Positions 31,397 to 42,244 of a stretch of DNA of 64,000 bases are shown here, piece after piece. Below the pieces are notes generated by a model. That model saw nothing but the letters and a program-made list of their open reading frames with translations, was not told the origin of the DNA and did no database searches. This DNA comes from an uncultured Rhodospirillales bacterium (lineage in GTDB: Bacteria; Pseudomonadota; Alphaproteobacteria; Rhodospirillales; JAPHRK01). Every line of letters begins with the position of its first letter. Position 1 is the stretch's first letter. Location: contig CBDUMN010000001.1 of assembly GCA_965368335.1 (NCBI GenBank), forward strand, positions 5,219 to 69,218, written 5' to 3'. The position numbers and the translations under genes are program-made.

Positions 31397-31909
31397 ATGC
31401 TGAAGCCTTCGATAGTTCTTATTGGCCTGAGCACCGGCGCGGTTGCCGCGACTTTTGGGCTGGGCTTCGTCTATCCGGCAGGCCCCTTCCATGGCGCATT
31501 CAGCTCGCAGACCGTCCGCTCTGTCGTTGTCAGGTCGCCGCAATTTACCATTCCGGCGATCAACCATCGGACTTCCGCTCCGACACGCACCGACATGCGG
31601 CTTGTCGTGGAAATTTCCAATCCCGACAAGACCATGGATATTTGCCGCAATGCACCGCGCATACAGGACTATCTATTGCGACGGTTCAGCCAAAAACCAG
31701 CACAGGTTAACGCCAGAAAGAAATCGGTTCAGTCAGAGATTTCTGACAAAAGTCTTGAGCAAGGCATTACAAAAATCATCGGAGAAAACCTAATCAATCG
31801 CGTTACCGTGGTTTACCAACAGGATCGGGAAAAAGTAGCACTCCTGCCGAAAACCGATTTCGTGCCCTGTCCTGAAGGTATGATTCCCATGCCACTCCTC
31901 AAAAGCTAA
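31397..31909 (+). CDS. FliL-like small membrane protein (paralogue A)
   Basis: A single N-terminal TM helix is followed by RLVVEISNPDKTMDICRNAPRIQDYLLRRFS. The layout resembles FliL (PF03748) and is clearly paralogous to the ORF at 32019-32510. Confidence 0.45.
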   Translation: MLKPSIVLIGLSTGAVAATFGLGFVYPAGPFHGAFSSQTVRSVVVRSPQFTIPAINHRTSAPTRTDMRLVVEISNPDKTMDICRNAPRIQDYLLRRFSQKPAQVNARKKSVQSEISDKSLEQGITKIIGENLINRVTVVYQQDREKVALLPKTDFVPCPEGMIPMPLLKS

Positions 31910-32018
31910 AACCCGTTTCCGCACCTCACCCATTTGGGGGAGGACCAGTTGCATCCGCCAATTTATACTCTCTAAAAAATAGTGTCGGGAGTAACTCCAG
32001 ACGGAACGGGGTGGTGCA

Positions 32019-32510
32019 ATGTTTAAAGTTGCAGGCGGACTTATGGTCGCAGGCGGCGTCACAATGGCGGCTGCTGTATATGTCGGCGTCCCCTACTGGG
32101 GACTTGATCTGGCAAGCACATCGCCGTCCCAAGAGCCCGCCTTGACCGAAACAGCAACAATTACGCTTGCTCCTTTCCCAATTTTTGCCAAGCAAAAAGG
32201 AAGCCGTAAGGAGTGGTATATTCCAGCACGAGCCAAACTGATCATCACTAACAAACGCCTAAAGAAGAAAATTTGCGCTTGGGAACCTAAAATCCATGAA
32301 ACGCTGAGCCTTTATTTCAGCCGCCACCCGGCTATTGCAACCTTAAAAAAAACCCGCTCCGCTTCGGCACAAACCCAAAGAAGCTTAAAAAAATCGATTG
32401 AAAAGGCGACGGGCGGAAAATGGCTCAAAGAAATCCAGGTCGAGTACGGTAAGCTCAACCCACAGGAAACGGATACTACGACTTTCTGTTACCCCACAAA
32501 AAGTACTTAG
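32019..32510 (+). CDS. FliL-like small membrane protein (paralogue B)
   Basis: An N-terminal TM helix is followed by AKLIITNKRLKKKICAWEPKIHETLSLYFS. It aligns with paralogue A, including two conserved Cys positions. Confidence 0.45.
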   Translation: MFKVAGGLMVAGGVTMAAAVYVGVPYWGLDLASTSPSQEPALTETATITLAPFPIFAKQKGSRKEWYIPARAKLIITNKRLKKKICAWEPKIHETLSLYFSRHPAIATLKKTRSASAQTQRSLKKSIEKATGGKWLKEIQVEYGKLNPQETDTTTFCYPTKST

Positions 32511-32518
32511 AGCACCTC

Positions 32519-32791
32519 TTAGTGCACCTCAGGCGTTACAGCCTCAATGACAAACCCTTTTTCGGGGCGAAAACGTCTAGCAATCAACTGACGCGCATCG
32601 GCCTCATCTTTCGCCACGATCTCGTGAACCTGCACGTCGGCCCACTCATCGCGAAACTCGGCGTGACTTCTATTCTCCTTCACCGCGGCCCGAACATCTT
32701 TATTGTAGATATTCACCCGGAAGGCTTTCCGGCCCTCGAATGGAAACTCGTACATCCTTAAGACCTCCCCGTATTTTTGAAACTCCGACAA
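32519..32791 (-). CDS. Hypothetical protein (90 aa)
   Basis: ORF only. I recognise no family. It is convergent with paralogue B, with an 8-nt gap. Confidence 0.4.
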   Translation of the reverse strand: MSEFQKYGEVLRMYEFPFEGRKAFRVNIYNKDVRAAVKENRSHAEFRDEWADVQVHEIVAKDEADARQLIARRFRPEKGFVIEAVTPEVH

Positions 32792-32879
32792 AAGAATCGT
32801 ATGATTTTCAGCATTAAGGAAATGTTACACAATTTAGAATGAATCAAACAATGCATATCCTGTCGACAGGGAGAAACCT

Positions 32880-33462
32880 ATGAAACGGACGATTGACTAT
32901 TACTATTGTCTCAATTCACCCTGGTCCTATTTAGGCAACCAACGCCTTGCCAAAGCAGCAATTTCACAGAGTGCAACCATCACCTACAAACCGGTTAAGC
33001 TAGCCGAAGTGTTTAAGGATTCAGGCGGCCTGCCACTGGCTAAACGCCCTAAGCAAAGGCAGGCTTACCGCCTTGTCGAGCTGGAGCGCTGGCGAAAGTT
33101 TTTGGAGATACCGCTAAACTTAGAACCTCGATACTTCCCCACGAAAGAAGACTTGGCAGCCAGGGTCGTTATCGCTGCCGACCTGATGGGCTGGAACCCA
33201 GGGAAGCTCACCCAGGCTTTTATGCGTGCCGTTTGGGCCGAAGAGCGCGATATCGCCGACGAAGACACCATATATGAAATCGCCTCGGAGACCGGCCACG
33301 ACGGCATCGCCCGGAATAGCGGACGTGTTTGTCCGCTACGACGAGAACACCATCGACGCCAAGGAAGCCGGCGTTTTCGGGGTTCCTTCTTATGTTCTCG
33401 GTGGTGAGATTTTCTGGGGTCAGGATCGACTCGACTTTCTGGAACGAGCCTTGGCAAGGTAA
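32880..33462 (+). pseudogene. 2-hydroxychromene-2-carboxylate isomerase / DsbA-like family gene with a +1 frameshift
   Basis: The N-terminal 144 codons are in one frame (YYYCLNSPWSYLG...). The family C-terminus (GVFGVPSYVLGGEIFWGQDRLDFLE) is in the next frame. The switch is around 33300-33320, near the run gcccgg. Confidence 0.75.
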
Positions 33463-33472
33463 ACGAAAAAAA

Positions 33473-33502
33473 GAAACGGCGGCCCTAACAGACCGCCGTT
33501 TC
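33473..33502. terminator. Bidirectional terminator between convergent genes
   Basis: Perfect 10-bp stem gaaacggcgg / ccgccgtttc with a 10-nt loop, flanked by an A7 run on one side and a T-rich run on the other. Confidence 0.8.
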
Positions 33503-33523
33503 TTTTCAACAATTTCGTCACCC

Positions 33524-35056
33524 TTAAAGCGGGATATTCCCGTGCTTTTTCCAGGGGTTTTCGAGCTTTTTGTTTTTCAGCATACGTAGAGCCTTACAGA
33601 CTCGACGGCGTGTTCCATGAGGGCTGATAACATCGTCAATGAAGCCCTTTTGGCCCGCAATGAACGGATTGGCGAATTTCTGGCGGTACTCTTCGGTCCG
33701 CGCTTCAATTTTTTCCGGATCGCCGATCTCTTTGCGGAAAATGATCTCAACTGCACCCTTCGGCCCCATCACGGCGATTTCAGCCGACGGCCAGGCGAAA
33801 TTCATATCGCCCCGCAGATGCTTCGAGCTCATCACGTCGTAAGCACCACCGTAAGCTTTACGGGTAATAACCGTCACTTTGGGAACGGTCGCCTCGGCAA
33901 AGGCGTAAAGCAGCTTAGCCCCATGCTTGATGATGCCGCCGTATTCCTGAGCCGTGCCGGGCAAAAAGCCGGGAACGTCGACCAGCGTAATAATGGGAAT
34001 ATTGAAGGCATCGCAGAAGCGGACGAAACGTCCGGCCTTCTTTGAAGAATCGATATCGAGACACCCGGCCAAAACCATCGGCTGGTTGGCGACGATCCCT
34101 ACGGTGGAGCCTTCCATCCGGGCCAAACCGACAATGATATTGCCTGCATATTCCGGCATGATCTCGAAAAAGTCGCCTTCATCGACCATCTTCTCGATCA
34201 ATTCCTTCATGTCGTAAGGCTTGTTGGGGTTGTCCGGAATCAGCGTATCCAGCGACATTTCTTCACGATCAGCATCATCGTCGGTCGGACGGATCGGCGG
34301 TTTTTCCCGGTTGTTCAGAGGCAGGAAGTCCATGAAACGGCGCAACTGAAGAATACCGTCTACATCGTTTTCAAATGCCCGGTCGGCAACGCCCGACTTG
34401 CTGGTGTGGGTGATCGCCCCGCCCAACTCTTCTTGGGTCACTTCCTCATGGGTCACCGTTTTCACCACATCGGGGCCAGTGACGAACATGTAGGAGGTGT
34501 CTTTGATCATGAAGATGAAATCGGTCATGGCCGGGGAATAGACGGCGCCACCAGCGCAAGGACCCATAATCATCGAAATCTGCGGCACAACGCCGGAGGC
34601 CATGACATTACGCTGGAATACTTCGGCGTAACCGGCAAGCGACGCCACGCCTTCCTGAATTCGCGCACCGCCCGAATCGTTCAGCCCAATCACCGGAGCG
34701 CCGACCCTCATGGCGTGATCCATCACCTTGCAGATTTTTTCGGCATGGGTTTCGGAAAGACTACCGCCAAGAACAGTGAAATCCTGACTGAAGACGAAGA
34801 CCAGACGACCATTGATCGTGCCCTGGCCGGTAACCACGCCATCGCCCGGAATGGACTGTTTTTCCATGCCGAAATCGGTGCAGCGGTGCTCTTTGAACAT
34901 ATCGTATTCTTCAAACGATCCGGGATCGACAAGCAACTCAATACGCTCACGGGCGGTCAATTTGCCTTTAGCGTGTTGGGCGTCAATCCGTTTCTGCCCG
35001 CCGCCCATCTCGGCGCGGGCGCGTTTGTCTGCAAGCTGCTGAACGATATCGTGCAT
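33524..35056 (-). CDS. pccB: Propionyl-CoA carboxylase beta subunit (carboxyltransferase)
   Basis: 510 aa of the carboxyltransferase family. The N-terminus [32 protein letters not shown] and overall length are typical of PccB. Confidence 0.9.
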   Translation of the reverse strand: MHDIVQQLADKRARAEMGGGQKRIDAQHAKGKLTARERIELLVDPGSFEEYDMFKEHRCTDFGMEKQSIPGDGVVTGQGTINGRLVFVFSQDFTVLGGSLSETHAEKICKVMDHAMRVGAPVIGLNDSGGARIQEGVASLAGYAEVFQRNVMASGVVPQISMIMGPCAGGAVYSPAMTDFIFMIKDTSYMFVTGPDVVKTVTHEEVTQEELGGAITHTSKSGVADRAFENDVDGILQLRRFMDFLPLNNREKPPIRPTDDDADREEMSLDTLIPDNPNKPYDMKELIEKMVDEGDFFEIMPEYAGNIIVGLARMEGSTVGIVANQPMVLAGCLDIDSSKKAGRFVRFCDAFNIPIITLVDVPGFLPGTAQEYGGIIKHGAKLLYAFAEATVPKVTVITRKAYGGAYDVMSSKHLRGDMNFAWPSAEIAVMGPKGAVEIIFRKEIGDPEKIEARTEEYRQKFANPFIAGQKGFIDDVISPHGTRRRVCKALRMLKNKKLENPWKKHGNIPL

Positions 35057-35218
35057 GGCGAACCCCTAAATCAAAGCCATCCGTTTTTTGGTTGGGAGGA
35101 CATACCATCCCCCAAGGCGTAAACAAAGTGAAACATGCCCATTTTACCCAAGAATCGAGCGGATTTCTTGCGGTTTCCCACATAAAGGAGCGAACTTTTT
35201 AACAAAATTTTGAAAATT

Positions 35219-35653
35219 CTATAGCAAGCCCAGTTCCCTAAGCTCCGAGGCCATTTCTTCGGGCAAATCATCTTCACCCTCAGCCATAGCGCCCCGGTCG
35301 GGCGGCGCATCTTCAGGTTTCATATAACGCCACCCCTGGAATGCCCGGTGCCCCCGCATCTCTACCGGCACATGCTCGGGGTCCAGCTGAATACGGCAAT
35401 AGCGGTGGCCATCGGCATCCGTATCTTCTTCGATGGCGAGAATCGTCTGGCGGACCCGAAAAGAACCCTTGATGACCCAATAGAGTGACCCGCCCCGTGT
35501 GAGTTCCTTGGCGCGCCTCGGCACCATGCGGGTGTAGGTATAGAGTTTGTCGATTCCCTGGGCCCTCGAATCAGCAAGCCGCCGCGCCTGGATCGACGCG
35601 AGTTCTTCAACCGATTCCGTTCCTGCGGCCAGCCTTTTGATATGCAAGGTCAC
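35219..35653 (-). CDS. DUF1489 family protein
   Basis: 144 aa. The start MTLHIKRLAAGTESVEEL is typical of the alphaproteobacterial DUF1489 family as I recall it. Confidence 0.7.
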   Translation of the reverse strand: MTLHIKRLAAGTESVEELASIQARRLADSRAQGIDKLYTYTRMVPRRAKELTRGGSLYWVIKGSFRVRQTILAIEEDTDADGHRYCRIQLDPEHVPVEMRGHRAFQGWRYMKPEDAPPDRGAMAEGEDDLPEEMASELRELGLL

Positions 35654-36550
35654 TTAACCACCTAGTGCGATATTCACCTTCGAAGACGGAACTCGACCGA
35701 TCTCGCCGCAGATAAAGCGGCCCGCTTCGATGAGCTTGTCCAAATTCACACCGGTTTCTATCCCAAGGCCATTGAGCATGTAAACCACGTCTTCGGTCGC
35801 CACGTTGCCCGACGCGCCCTTGGCATAGGGACAACCGCCCAATCCGGCGACAGAGCTATCGACCACCGAAACGCCCCTCTCAAGCGCCGCATAGATATTG
35901 GCCAATGCCTGCCCATAAGTATCATGGAAATGAACCGCTAGACGTTCCACCGGAACGGCTTTGGCGACAGCCTCAATCATTGCCTGGGCTTTGCCGGGCG
36001 TTCCTACGCCAATGGTGTCGCCAAGCGAGATTTCATAGCAGCCCATGGCATCGAGTTTAGCCGCGACGTCCGCAACGGCCGAGACGGCGATACCCCCTTC
36101 ATAAGGACAGCCGAGAACGCAGGAGACATACCCCCGCACCTTGACGCCCCTCTCTTTAGCCGCAGCGACGACCGGTTCAAAGCGTTCCAGGCTTTCCGCG
36201 ATGGAGCAGTTGATGTTCTTTTGTGAAAAGCTCTCAGACGCCGCACCGAAGATCGCCACTTCCTCGGCCTTAGCCTCCATCGCCCCTTCAAAGCCTTTCA
36301 TATTGGGGGTCAGCACCGGATAGGAGACACCCTCCTTGCGTTTTATCCCCGCCATAACCGCGTCGCTACTCGCCATCTGCGGCACCCACTTGGGCGAAAC
36401 GAAGCTTCCCGCCTCAACGACAGGAAGGCCCGCTTCGCTCAATTGGTCGATCAGATCGATTTTCACCTCGGCTGAAACGGGCATCTTCTCATTCTGCAAC
36501 CCATCTCGCGGGCCGACTTCAACGATTTTGACTTTGGTCGGCAAGACCAT
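35654..36550 (-). CDS. Hydroxymethylglutaryl-CoA lyase
   Basis: The motif [12 protein letters not shown] and TIM-barrel lyase sequence are present, in liu cluster context. Confidence 0.93.
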   Translation of the reverse strand: MVLPTKVKIVEVGPRDGLQNEKMPVSAEVKIDLIDQLSEAGLPVVEAGSFVSPKWVPQMASSDAVMAGIKRKEGVSYPVLTPNMKGFEGAMEAKAEEVAIFGAASESFSQKNINCSIAESLERFEPVVAAAKERGVKVRGYVSCVLGCPYEGGIAVSAVADVAAKLDAMGCYEISLGDTIGVGTPGKAQAMIEAVAKAVPVERLAVHFHDTYGQALANIYAALERGVSVVDSSVAGLGGCPYAKGASGNVATEDVVYMLNGLGIETGVNLDKLIEAGRFICGEIGRVPSSKVNIALGG

Positions 36551-36553
36551 AGA

Positions 36554-38551
36554 TCAAACCTCCAGATCCAACAGTTCGGCCCCGTCTTCAACCTGATCGC
36601 CCACCGCAAAATGTATCGCTTTGACCGTACCGTCGCTAGGCGCGGTGATGGTATGCTCCATCTTCATGGCTTCGAGCACCAGCAGCGGCATTCCGGCTTC
36701 GACTTTATCGCCTTCCTTAGCCGTCACAGCGACAATTTTGCCTGGCATGGGCGCGGTCAGGCGACCACCGGGGCCGTCATCGCCCCCAGCCTGTGCCGCG
36801 GGATCGAACTGTGTCAGGTGATGGCTCACGCCCTCATGCATGATGGTTAACTCATCACCGTAGCGAGCCACCGTGGCGTTGGACCGCACCCCGTTGAGAT
36901 CGATCGAGATATTGCCGACCCCATCCAGTTCGCCATGGGCCGTCACTTCACCGCCAGGCAGTTCCAATACATAGCCACCGGAACGGAAATGAATCGTAAC
37001 TTCCACCTGCTCTTCCCCATCGATAAAGATGAGATCATGGTGGTTGTCGTCGTTCATCCGCCACCCTGAAGTATCGTTCCAGGGCGAATGGGGGTCCTTC
37101 GACCGCCGGGCCGCCTCTTCGGCCTCAGCCACGCGGCGCAATAACGTATCGAGGCTGGCAATCGCCAGGACCGTATCGTTGGCCTTGCCCTTCTCGGCAA
37201 ACAGGTCGGCGGAATGGCGCTCGATGAAGCGAGTATCCACGTCGCCCGCAGTAAAGGATGGGTGCCCGGCAACGGCGGCGAGGAAGCCAATGTTCGTCGT
37301 TGTTCCCGCCACCTGATAATCGGCCAAGGCAGAACAAAGACGACGCAACGCCGCATCACGATCTTCGTCCCAGACCACCAACTTGGCGATCATCGGATCG
37401 TAGTGGATTGAAATGGCGTCGCCTTCCAACACACCCGTCTCAACCCGAACATGAGGGCCTTCGGCAGGCGGTCGAAGATGTCGAAGAACACCGGTTGCCG
37501 GCAGGAAGTCCTTGTCCGGGTCTTCGGCATAGATGCGCGCCTCAAACGAATGACCGTTAATCGACAGATCATCCTGAGCACAAGGCAGGGCCTCGCCTCC
37601 GGCAATCTTAATCTGCCATTCAACAAGATCCTGGCCGGTAATCATTTCCGTTACCGGATGCTCGACCTGAAGGCGTGTATTCATTTCCATGAAGTAGAAA
37701 GAGCCGTCTTCATCGAGCAGAAACTCAACGGTTCCCGCTCCGACATAGCCGATAGCCTGGGCCGCCGCAACCGCAGCCGCGCCCATTTTATCGCGCAACT
37801 CAGGCGACATACCGGGCGCAGGAGCTTCCTCAATCACCTTCTGGTGACGGCGCTGTACCGAGCAATCACGCTCGAACAGATGCAAGGCGTTGCCCTTTGC
37901 GTCGGCGAAGACCTGGATTTCCACATGGCGCGGTTTGGTGATGTATTTTTCCACCAACATCCGGTCGTCGCCGAAACCGCCAATGGCTTCGCGCTTAGCC
38001 GATTCCAGCGCATCGGCAAAATCGGCTTCTTTTTCGACAACCCGCATGCCTTTGCCGCCGCCACCGGCGGAAGCTTTCAGCAAAACCGGATAACCGATCT
38101 TGTCGCACTCGGCTTTCAACAGTTCAGGCGACTGGTCCTCGCCATGATAGCCGGGCACCAGCGGCACTTTGGCTTTTTCCATAATCGCCTTAGCCGCCGA
38201 CTTGGAGCCCATGGACTCCATGGCCGAAACCGGCGGGCCGATAAAGACGATATCGGCTTTCTCACAAGCCGCCACAAACTCGGCGTTTTCACTTAAGAAG
38301 CCATAGCCCGGATGAACCGCCTGAGCGCCCGATTTCTTGGCCGCTTCAATGACTGCGTCTACCTTAAGATAGCTGTCTTTAGCCGCATCGCCGCCAATCC
38401 GATAGGCCTCATCGGCCATGGCGACGTGGAGGCTGTCCGCGTCAGCATCCGAATAGACAGCCACGGTGGCGATCCCCATCCGCTTGGCTGTCCGCATGAC
38501 CCGACAGGCGATTTCACCCCGGTTGGCGATCAGAATTTTATTGAATGCCAT
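36554..38551 (-). CDS. mccA: 3-methylcrotonyl-CoA carboxylase alpha (biotin carboxylase plus BCCP) subunit
   Basis: The biotin carboxylase N-terminus is MAFNKILIANRGEIA and the C-terminal biotinylation motif is EAMKME. The start at 38551 is preceded by the SD ggggaggg. Confidence 0.9.
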   Translation of the reverse strand: MAFNKILIANRGEIACRVMRTAKRMGIATVAVYSDADADSLHVAMADEAYRIGGDAAKDSYLKVDAVIEAAKKSGAQAVHPGYGFLSENAEFVAACEKADIVFIGPPVSAMESMGSKSAAKAIMEKAKVPLVPGYHGEDQSPELLKAECDKIGYPVLLKASAGGGGKGMRVVEKEADFADALESAKREAIGGFGDDRMLVEKYITKPRHVEIQVFADAKGNALHLFERDCSVQRRHQKVIEEAPAPGMSPELRDKMGAAAVAAAQAIGYVGAGTVEFLLDEDGSFYFMEMNTRLQVEHPVTEMITGQDLVEWQIKIAGGEALPCAQDDLSINGHSFEARIYAEDPDKDFLPATGVLRHLRPPAEGPHVRVETGVLEGDAISIHYDPMIAKLVVWDEDRDAALRRLCSALADYQVAGTTTNIGFLAAVAGHPSFTAGDVDTRFIERHSADLFAEKGKANDTVLAIASLDTLLRRVAEAEEAARRSKDPHSPWNDTSGWRMNDDNHHDLIFIDGEEQVEVTIHFRSGGYVLELPGGEVTAHGELDGVGNISIDLNGVRSNATVARYGDELTIMHEGVSHHLTQFDPAAQAGGDDGPGGRLTAPMPGKIVAVTAKEGDKVEAGMPLLVLEAMKMEHTITAPSDGTVKAIHFAVGDQVEDGAELLDLEV

Positions 38552-38555
38552 GGGA

Positions 38556-39347
38556 TCAGCCCTCCCCGATCCAATTAGGTTTACGTTTTTCAAGGAAGGC
38601 GGCGAGGCCTTCCTGTCCCTCATCGGTAGCGCGCCGATTGGCGATGCGCTCCGCGGTGTCTTCGATCATGGCGTCGGTCACCGGCCCATCGACGGCAAAG
38701 ACCAAATCCTTGGCCTCACCCATGGCCTGCGGCCCGTTAGCAAGCAGTACCGCCAAAACGTCGTCGCAACGGCTACGCAGATCTTCGTGAGGCACCACTT
38801 CATGCACCAACCCAATGCGTCGGGCTTCTTCGGCTCCGAAGCGTTCGGCCGTGACGAAATAACGACGCGCCTGCCGCGCCCCCATAGCCGCCACCACATA
38901 AGGGCTGATCATTGCCGGAATGATGCCGAGCTTGACTTCGGAGAGGCTGAAGCTGGCTTTCTCGGAAGCAATCACGATATCGCAAACGGCGGTCAAACCG
39001 ACCGCGCCGCCAAAAGCTGCCCCTTGAATAAGCCCAATCATCGGCTTCTTCATGAAGTTCATGGTTTTCAAAAGATTGCTGAACCGCATGGCATTGGCCT
39101 TGTTTTCCTCCGGCGTAAAGGAGGCGGCCGCTTTCATGTCCTTGAGATCGGCCCCGGCGGAAAAGCTCTTGCCTTCCGAAGCCAATACGACGACACGCAC
39201 ATTGTCGTCGTCTTTAATCCGGTCGAAGGCCTCGACCAGTTCCTTAACCAGCGCATCGCCGAAAGCGTTATGCACTTCAGGGCGGTTCAAGATCACCCAG
39301 GCCACACCCTGATCGGTAATTTCCGTCTTAAGCGGAGAATCAGTCAT
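38556..39347 (-). CDS. Enoyl-CoA hydratase (methylglutaconyl-CoA hydratase by context)
   Basis: 263-aa crotonase-fold protein (FSAGADLKD), located between mccB and mccA. Confidence 0.88.
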   Translation of the reverse strand: MTDSPLKTEITDQGVAWVILNRPEVHNAFGDALVKELVEAFDRIKDDDNVRVVVLASEGKSFSAGADLKDMKAAASFTPEENKANAMRFSNLLKTMNFMKKPMIGLIQGAAFGGAVGLTAVCDIVIASEKASFSLSEVKLGIIPAMISPYVVAAMGARQARRYFVTAERFGAEEARRIGLVHEVVPHEDLRSRCDDVLAVLLANGPQAMGEAKDLVFAVDGPVTDAMIEDTAERIANRRATDEGQEGLAAFLEKRKPNWIGEG

Positions 39348-39362
39348 TGCTTATTTCTCCCC

Positions 39363-40976
39363 TTACATCCGAAACACGCCGAAGGTCGTCGGCTCGATAG
39401 GTTGGTTGAGCGCGGCGGATAAGCCCAGCCCCAGCACCATACGGCTGTCGGCTGGATCGATAATCCCATCATCCCACAAACGGGCCGAAGCGTAATAAGG
39501 ATGTCCTTGGTGTTCGTAGCGCTCACGGATCGGCGCGCGGAAAGCTTCTTCTTCCTCAGCGCTCCATTCTTCGCCTTTGGCTTCCTTGGCGTCCCGCGTG
39601 ATGGTCGCCATAACGCTCGAGGCTTGTTCGCCGCCCATAACGGAAATGCGGGCGTTGGGCCACATCCAGAGGAACCGGGGCGAATAGCCGCGCCCACACA
39701 TGGAGTAGTTCCCCGCGCCGAACGAACCGCCGATGATCATGGTCAGCCTGGGTACTTTGGCGCAAGCCACGGCGGTGACCATCTTGGCCCCGTCTTTGGC
39801 GATACCGCCCGCTTCGTATTTGGAGCCGACCATAAAGCCAGTGATGTTTTGCAGGAAGATCAGCGGAATGCCGCGTTGGCTGCAAAGCTCGACGAAGTGT
39901 GCGCCTTTCTGAGCGCTTTCAGAGAACAGAATACCGTTGTTGGCGACAATGCCCACCGGATAGCCGTAGAGATGGGCGAAGCCGCAGACCAGCGTCGTGC
40001 CGTAGAGCGCCTTGAACTCGTGGAACTCGGAACCATCAACGATACGGGCAATCACTTCTCGCACATCGAAAGGCTTTTTCGAGTCCTTCGGAATAACACC
40101 ATAAAGCTCTTTGGGGTCGTAGGCCGGAGCCTGCGGGTCCAGCATGGTGATGTTGGGGTCTTTGACCCAGTTAAGATTGGCCACCACCTGACGGGCCAGC
40201 GCCAACGCATGAGTGTCATTCATGGCGTAGTGATCGGTGACGCCCGAGGTCCGGCAATGCACATCCGCACCACCCAAATCTTCAGCCGAGACGACTTCAC
40301 CCGTGGCGGCTTTAACCAACGGCGGGCCACCTAAGAAAATCGTGCCCTGCTCTTTGACGATAATGCTCTCATCCGACATGGCGGGCACGTAAGCGCCGCC
40401 TGCGGTACAAGAACCGTGAACCACCGAGATTTGCGGAATACCCGCAGCCGACAGATTGGCCTGGTTAAAGAAAATCCGGCCGAAGTGGTCGCGGTCGGGG
40501 AAAACATCGTCCTGCCTCGGTAGGTTGGCCCCGCCGGACTCGACCAGATAGATACAGGGCAACCGGTTGGCTGCGGCAATCTCTTGAGCCCGCAGATGCT
40601 TCTTGACGGTAATCGGATAGTAGCTGCCGCCTTTCACCGTCGGATCGTTGGCGACGATCATACATTCAACGCCCTCAACCCGGCCAATACCGGTCACGAC
40701 GCCGCCTGCGGCAACCGTGCCGTCGTCGTCGTAAAGCTCATAGCCCGCCAACTGGGAAAGTTCGAGGAACGGCGAACCGACGTCCAGCAAATGACGAATG
40801 CGGTCGCGGACCAGCAGTTTGCCCCGTTTGATATGCCGTTCGCGGTGGTGCTCACCGCCGCCCAGTTTAATCAGCCCGACCTTATCCCGCAGATCGTCGA
40901 CGACGGACTGCATAGAAGCGGCGTTTTCCTTAAAATCGGCGGCGCGTGGGTTCAGCGCGGATTTGATAACGCTCAT
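39363..40976 (-). CDS. mccB: 3-methylcrotonyl-CoA carboxylase beta (carboxyltransferase) subunit
   Basis: 537 aa of the carboxyltransferase family, in liu cluster context. Confidence 0.9.
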   Translation of the reverse strand: MSVIKSALNPRAADFKENAASMQSVVDDLRDKVGLIKLGGGEHHRERHIKRGKLLVRDRIRHLLDVGSPFLELSQLAGYELYDDDGTVAAGGVVTGIGRVEGVECMIVANDPTVKGGSYYPITVKKHLRAQEIAAANRLPCIYLVESGGANLPRQDDVFPDRDHFGRIFFNQANLSAAGIPQISVVHGSCTAGGAYVPAMSDESIIVKEQGTIFLGGPPLVKAATGEVVSAEDLGGADVHCRTSGVTDHYAMNDTHALALARQVVANLNWVKDPNITMLDPQAPAYDPKELYGVIPKDSKKPFDVREVIARIVDGSEFHEFKALYGTTLVCGFAHLYGYPVGIVANNGILFSESAQKGAHFVELCSQRGIPLIFLQNITGFMVGSKYEAGGIAKDGAKMVTAVACAKVPRLTMIIGGSFGAGNYSMCGRGYSPRFLWMWPNARISVMGGEQASSVMATITRDAKEAKGEEWSAEEEEAFRAPIRERYEHQGHPYYASARLWDDGIIDPADSRMVLGLGLSAALNQPIEPTTFGVFRM

Positions 40977-40987
40977 AACCTATCCCC

Positions 40988-41398
40988 TTATTTCTTTTTT
41001 TTCGGCCGTTCGCCGACCGGATGTCCCGCTTCCTTCCAGGCCGAGAAGCCACCTTCCAGGTGAGCGACCCTATCGAGGCCCATGTCCTGCAAAGTGGCCG
41101 TACTCAGCGCGGAACGCCAAGCCGAAGCGCAGTAGAAAACGAATTTCTTGCCCGAGGCGAAAACATCTTTGTGATATTTACAATCCGGATCGATCCAAAA
41201 CTCCAACATGCCGCGTGGCGCATGAAACGCGCCGGGGATCATTCCTTCACGTTCAAGCTCCCGCACATCGCGGATATCGACAAATAAAACGTCCGGGTCT
41301 TCCATCAGAGCGAGAGCCCCTTCAATCGGCACCATTTCGATGCGGGCATTGGCCTCATCGATCATCTGCCGGTAGCCTTTTTTTAAGGAGACGCTCAT
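40988..41398 (-). CDS. Rhodanese-like sulfurtransferase domain protein
   Basis: 136 aa with the active-site loop YCASAWRS. The start overlaps the stop of the upstream gene by 4 nt. Confidence 0.8.
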   Translation of the reverse strand: MSVSLKKGYRQMIDEANARIEMVPIEGALALMEDPDVLFVDIRDVRELEREGMIPGAFHAPRGMLEFWIDPDCKYHKDVFASGKKFVFYCASAWRSALSTATLQDMGLDRVAHLEGGFSAWKEAGHPVGERPKKKK

Positions 41399-42240
41399 AT
41401 TACTGTTCCTTTCGTCGGCTTATTTACAATTGTCAGCAGGACAATTTCGGGCGGCATATTGAACCGTATCGGCAGTACACTGGTTCCAACTCCACCAGTC
41501 ACCACAAGATCTTTTCCATCTTCATGAACATACCCATATGAATGGCGGAGAGGTGCTTTCGACGGAATATATAAGGCACCATAAAAGGGCACTCGTATTT
41601 GCCCCCCATGAGTATGACCGGATAGTGTTACCAGAACATCATCAGGTACATTCTGAAAGTTCGCCGGATCATGAGACAAAAGCAAAACGGGGCTATCGGT
41701 AGGGACCTTTTCTAAAGCCTTCTCCACTTCCGGCTGCTGTAAGTGATAATCTGATAACCCTGCAATCCAAATAGAACCGTCCTCAGTTTGAAAATGCTTT
41801 GATTGATTTTCCAACACTGCGGCTCCTACTTTCTCTAATGCGTCGCGGATAGGCTTTCCGCCATCATCTTCATCATGACCACCGAGAACCACTGCTACAC
41901 CGGATTTTGGTGTCAGCTTCGCTAATCTTTCTGCCATGGCTTCAGGAGCAACAGGTTTTCCCAAAAACACATGGGGAATAAAGTCTCCAAGCAACGCAAC
42001 GATATCCGCCTCTAAGGCATTGACCCGGGATACAATTTTTTCCAATTTTCTCAAGCTGACATGCGGAGCCCCTACATGTAAGTCTCCCAACACAGCTACT
42101 CGCAGTGGCTTTCTGCTTTCAGGCCATTTTGGCGTTTGTAAAATGATAGACTTGATAACCAGAAGACGTGGCTCGACCAGAACACTCCACACTCCGAGTA
42201 ATAACAATCCAAAGAAAAAAAGCGTGAAGACAGCGACCAT
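41395..42240 (-). CDS. Membrane-anchored metallophosphoesterase (AT-rich gene)
   Basis: Calcineurin-like motifs GDLHVG, GDF and SGHTHGGQ are present, with an N-terminal TM helix. The start could alternatively be 42264. Confidence 0.85.
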   Translation of the reverse strand: MVAVFTLFFFGLLLLGVWSVLVEPRLLVIKSIILQTPKWPESRKPLRVAVLGDLHVGAPHVSLRKLEKIVSRVNALEADIVALLGDFIPHVFLGKPVAPEAMAERLAKLTPKSGVAVVLGGHDEDDGGKPIRDALEKVGAAVLENQSKHFQTEDGSIWIAGLSDYHLQQPEVEKALEKVPTDSPVLLLSHDPANFQNVPDDVLVTLSGHTHGGQIRVPFYGALYIPSKAPLRHSYGYVHEDGKDLVVTGGVGTSVLPIRFNMPPEIVLLTIVNKPTKGTVI

Positions 42241-42244
42241 CAAA

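Noticed and set aside
32859-32870. Perfect 12-bp palindrome cctgtcgacagg overlapping the SD of the frameshifted isomerase gene.
   Set aside because: It is short and occurs once. It could form a small RBS-occluding hairpin, but there is no supporting evidence, and the downstream gene appears to be a pseudogene.
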